This document shows positions 60,734 to 64,000 of a stretch of 64,000 nucleotides of DNA, piece after piece. Location: assembly GCA_004764695.1 (NCBI GenBank), contig SMSO01000005.1, forward strand, positions 1,178,001 to 1,242,000. Direction: 5' to 3'. This stretch comes from Schizochytrium sp. TIO01. Its lineage: Eukaryota; Protista; Bigyra: Labyrinthulomycetes. The notes below the pieces were generated by a model that saw only the letters and a list, made by a program, of their open reading frames with translations, made no database searches and was not told the DNA's origin. A program made the translations under genes and the position numbers. Each line of letters starts with the position of its first letter. The first letter of the stretch is position 1.

Positions 60734-61555
60734 ATAGACGCCTGCTGATTGCCATTGAATTTAGACATGTTGCAAAATAGCCCCAACTAGTTTTCGCTTC
60801 ACTGTCTTCCCCTCTTCTCCACTAATATACTATGTTCGATCCCTGTGATACTCAATAGTTGGCGCCCTTTCCCTTCCCTAACCTCTCCTTCGCTTCACGT
60901 TTTGATTATTGTCGGTTTTGATATTCTGATGTTCAAACAAACTAAACATTTCAAAAGACCTATAACATACAAACCTGACGGATTCATCGAAGCCGAAGAT
61001 CTCCTTTCTGGGAAAGGCATTTCCATCTTCATCAGCACGAAGTAGAATTTATCATATACTCTTTTGCACTCTAGCTGGTATCGTCGTTGGGCTCACTCTA
61101 ATATACAGAACTTCTTCGAATGTTTACAGTAAAGCTAGAGCTATCCTTCTTATTGCAAAGCAAAGCTTTCCTTCCTTGGACATATGAAAGATGAAAAGAA
61201 AAGAAAAGAAACCATCTGTATTTGATGGCTTTAATTTGTGTTCGGGGCGTTTGTCGCGTTCCATTTGGATAACTCAATGTGCGCACACTATTCACCATTC
61301 ATGTGTCACGTAACGATCAAATACCTCTTAGTTTGTTTTGAAATCTCATTTTCTTTCCCCTCTTGTGCGACACGAAATCTTCATAAATATTTAGACTCAA
61401 TGATATTTTCTTTCAAACGAAACTAATTGCCTGACAGGCTTCATTTAATTGTGTCATTCACTATTCACTTAGAACTAATTTCATCTTCTAATTTAATATT
61501 CGAAGGTTTTTAACTTTTTCATAAGCTTAAATCGCAGCTTGGCGATGGCTTGCTC

Positions 61556-62456
61556 CTATAATGTACATGGTCTCTTACGAAACTTAATCGACTCGAGGAG
61601 CTGCGATGCTAGAGATGTTTGTGCGCCAAGAGTCAAATGTACCCCATCTTCGCGCAAAATTTGTCCTTTCGAATGTTCAATATGAACAATTTTGGTTTGC
61701 TTCAACGGGTCACGAAGAACAGCGCCTAAAATAGAGGATTGAACTTTTTGAATGTATGGAAGGCGGGTGGTCACGCCAATTGGTACTACAACTACAATTT
61801 CTAGATTGGGATTTCTCAAATCACGACGTACCGAGTGTAAAAAATCTAGCAGTCTATTTTCGTAACGATCGGCATCAGCCTCATTTAAGCTGTCTGACTC
61901 TCCTTGATACCAGATCATCACATCAGGCAACTCTACAGTGCCATGTTTTATCAATCTTTCATAGAGAACGGATCCTGGTTGCCACTCTATATACTTTATT
62001 GATGGGATGGACACCCATTCCGTCTGCGCAAAGTTAGATGACGCATTTCTCAATGTTATCTCATTCTAATTACAACTTGCCTTCGATGCGGGTTTCTCCA
62101 ACAGCACACGGGACTAATCTGACATGATCAACATCGTGATGTTCAGATGCAAGGATATTCTTCGCCAGAAGTAGGCCCGGGCCAACACCGCAAGTTTTCT
62201 TAGTATCTACTGTTGCATGCATAGGCTCTACAGCAGGAACCCATTTAAAGGTAGGGCTATCCTTGTCTGTTTCACTCGGATTTTCTACCTCAAGCATTTG
62301 GATTCCATGAGTAGGACTTAATAGGCCGAGTGATGCAGCGTCCCGTGTAGTGTTTGCTGTCCAAGTCCAGCGACCTCCAACACGCTCAAGCCCTGCCCTC
62401 CCTGACATATTGCTCTGGCCAGCCAATATGATAGTTATCAAAGATGCTTCCGCCAT
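61556..62456 (-). CDS. SGNH carbohydrate esterase, SASA/DUF303 family; exons 62456-62081 and 61986-61556
   Basis: LAGQSNMSGR, CGVGPGL, LVPCAVG, WYQGESD and DGVHLT. Splicing gives AVGETRIEEWQPGSVLYERL. Confidence 0.88.
61987..62080 (-). other. Probable 94-nt non-canonical GC-AG intron
   Basis: Donor GAAG|gcaagt and acceptor tatag|AG TGG. This was the only reasonable-length junction I found that restores the frame and the family motif. Confidence 0.72.
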
Positions 62457-63328
62457 GGCTTTCGTCAATGCAAAAGCCTCAATAAGTCTTGTCGACGCTA
62501 TCTGTACCTAGTTCGTGACCAGGTGTTTACACCATGCAGTCCAAGTGCAAGCGGCTCTCTCTTACCTAAAGCAGAAGAAGCTTGTTTTTTAAAGGTTTAC
62601 CGTCTACAACCTTTAACAAGGCGATCTACCTATCGCTAGTCTCAGTTAGAGATCCCAAGGCGCACGAGTTGACCTCTACAGGGCGCCTAGTTTGCGTGTT
62701 CCATCACTATCTCACCTTCTGAGAGACTAAACTTGATAAATACAACGCGACGCCCATCATGATCATACAATACAATTTAGGTAAGTACTACTGGCAATAT
62801 GTATGGCACCTTATTAACGAAGGAAAGTAATAGGCAAACACGAAGAACTTATCTTGATAACATAGCACATGGGACTGGGTGCAATCAAACGAAGTAATGA
62901 CAAGCTCACGAAACAGAGACAGTCTTTCCATCGCACAAAGAACTTTTCTGGCCCTTCTTCATCGTGGGAGAGGTACATTGCACTCCCAGTTCCGCCCACC
63001 GTAATCTCGATGATTCTATCAACTCCAAATCTGGTGGGGCGGGTGTAACGACTCTTGGGCTTGTTTTGAAAATTTAAAAGAAAAGAGTAGCACCAGAGGC
63101 TGAGGCTTCATGCCGACAGAAATCATGGACAAATCATGGACTGTTCTACGAGTCAGCCGGCGCGACGGCCGCAGCCTTGCACATACATCCATCTGCCTGG
63201 GCAGCCACCTGCCTGGCTGGCTTTGTGTCAGCACTGTCTGGACGGAGTAGACCCGAAAGGCTGGGATTTGTGTTTTGGCTTTGCTATCCCATTTTACTCG
63301 TTCTATTTTATGAACACGGCGGCGATAA

Positions 63329-63352
63329 TATATATATATATATATATATATA
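63329..63352. repeat. (TA)12 microsatellite
   Basis: Direct read. Confidence 0.95.
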
Positions 63353-63752
63353 TGTGTCATGACATCCTTCGCTGGGATCTTTTATGTTTTTGAAAGAATA
63401 TTCGAAGCTTGCCTGTATTTTGAACCGAGACGAGTTCAAAGCTCCGGCGGGACTCGGGGGCCTTCGCAATCTCCTCATTGGCTGGGCCGCTGGAGAAGAA
63501 GCCCCGGTCCGAACAACTTTACACCGTTTCAACGAGGAGGCGGAGGCAGTTTGGCGGGCGAGAGCGCGAACGAAGGCACTTCTGCAAACCCCAGCCAGCT
63601 CGAGGGCTCGATGTAATTAATTAATTAATTAATTCACGGCGCGTGCTAGCGACCTCCTATCCTAAACAGTAGCCTCAGCGCCCCTGGATGCAGGCAGTAA
63701 AAGCGGCTGGCTACCTAGAGGCAGTAGGTGTCAACTAAAAGGTTTGACTTGC

Positions 63753-63866
63753 TTTTTGAATTTGAAAAAGATTTTTGAATTTGATAAAGGTTTTTGAATT
63801 TGAAAAAGGTTTTTGAATTTCGATTCTTTTTTGAAAGTTGAAGTTTGAAGTTTGAATTTTGAATTG
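63753..63866. repeat. 19-bp tandem repeat (TTTTTGAATTTGAAAAAGG x ~3.5) decaying into TTTGAA units
   Basis: Units start at 63753, 63772, 63791 and 63810. Confidence 0.85.
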
Positions 63867-64000
63867 AGAGGCGACTGATCCGTAGTTGGCGCGGCAGAGC
63901 AGCATCGCAGCAAAGCCTAATCGCGGAGACCTCGGGCGGCGGGGCCGCGGAGCACAGGGGGCCAAGGTCACTCACTCACTCGGTCGGGCTCGGGCTCGGG

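Overview
Gene-dense, intron-poor eukaryotic nuclear DNA from a flagellated (or ancestrally flagellated) protist. A thraustochytrid/labyrinthulomycete-like stramenopile is my inference from gene content and style, not proven. The window holds about 13 protein-coding loci: a 5'-truncated TKL kinase, a Gly-zipper membrane protein, a 71-aa Y/S/N microprotein, a coiled-coil protein, an IQ-WW-LRR-TPR protein overlapping a secreted RCC1-repeat gene tail-to-tail, a PLAT-PP2C phosphatase, an IQ/WW/TPR gene split in three, a low-complexity protein, a calpain-III-like protein, an axonemal dynein heavy chain (DNAH10-like), a DNL zinc finger, an SLC35A nucleotide-sugar transporter and a SASA esterase with a probable GC-AG intron. 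The most striking non-coding structure is a single-isoacceptor tRNA-Glu(CTC) super-array at 2674-8760. It has 19 intact 71-nt copies that differ at only one D-loop base, plus one pseudogene. They lie in three blocks (3 minus, 8 plus, 8 minus) with a ~179-bp period, diverged mosaic spacers and a TATA-like box near -41. The two 8-copy blocks converge on a 1.8-kb core containing a (CCTAA/CCTCA)n tract. The second notable signal is three +1 frame breaks (one in the dynein, two in the IQ gene) plus one in-frame TAG. These could be assembly errors, recent gene decay or recoding; the sequence alone cannot decide.
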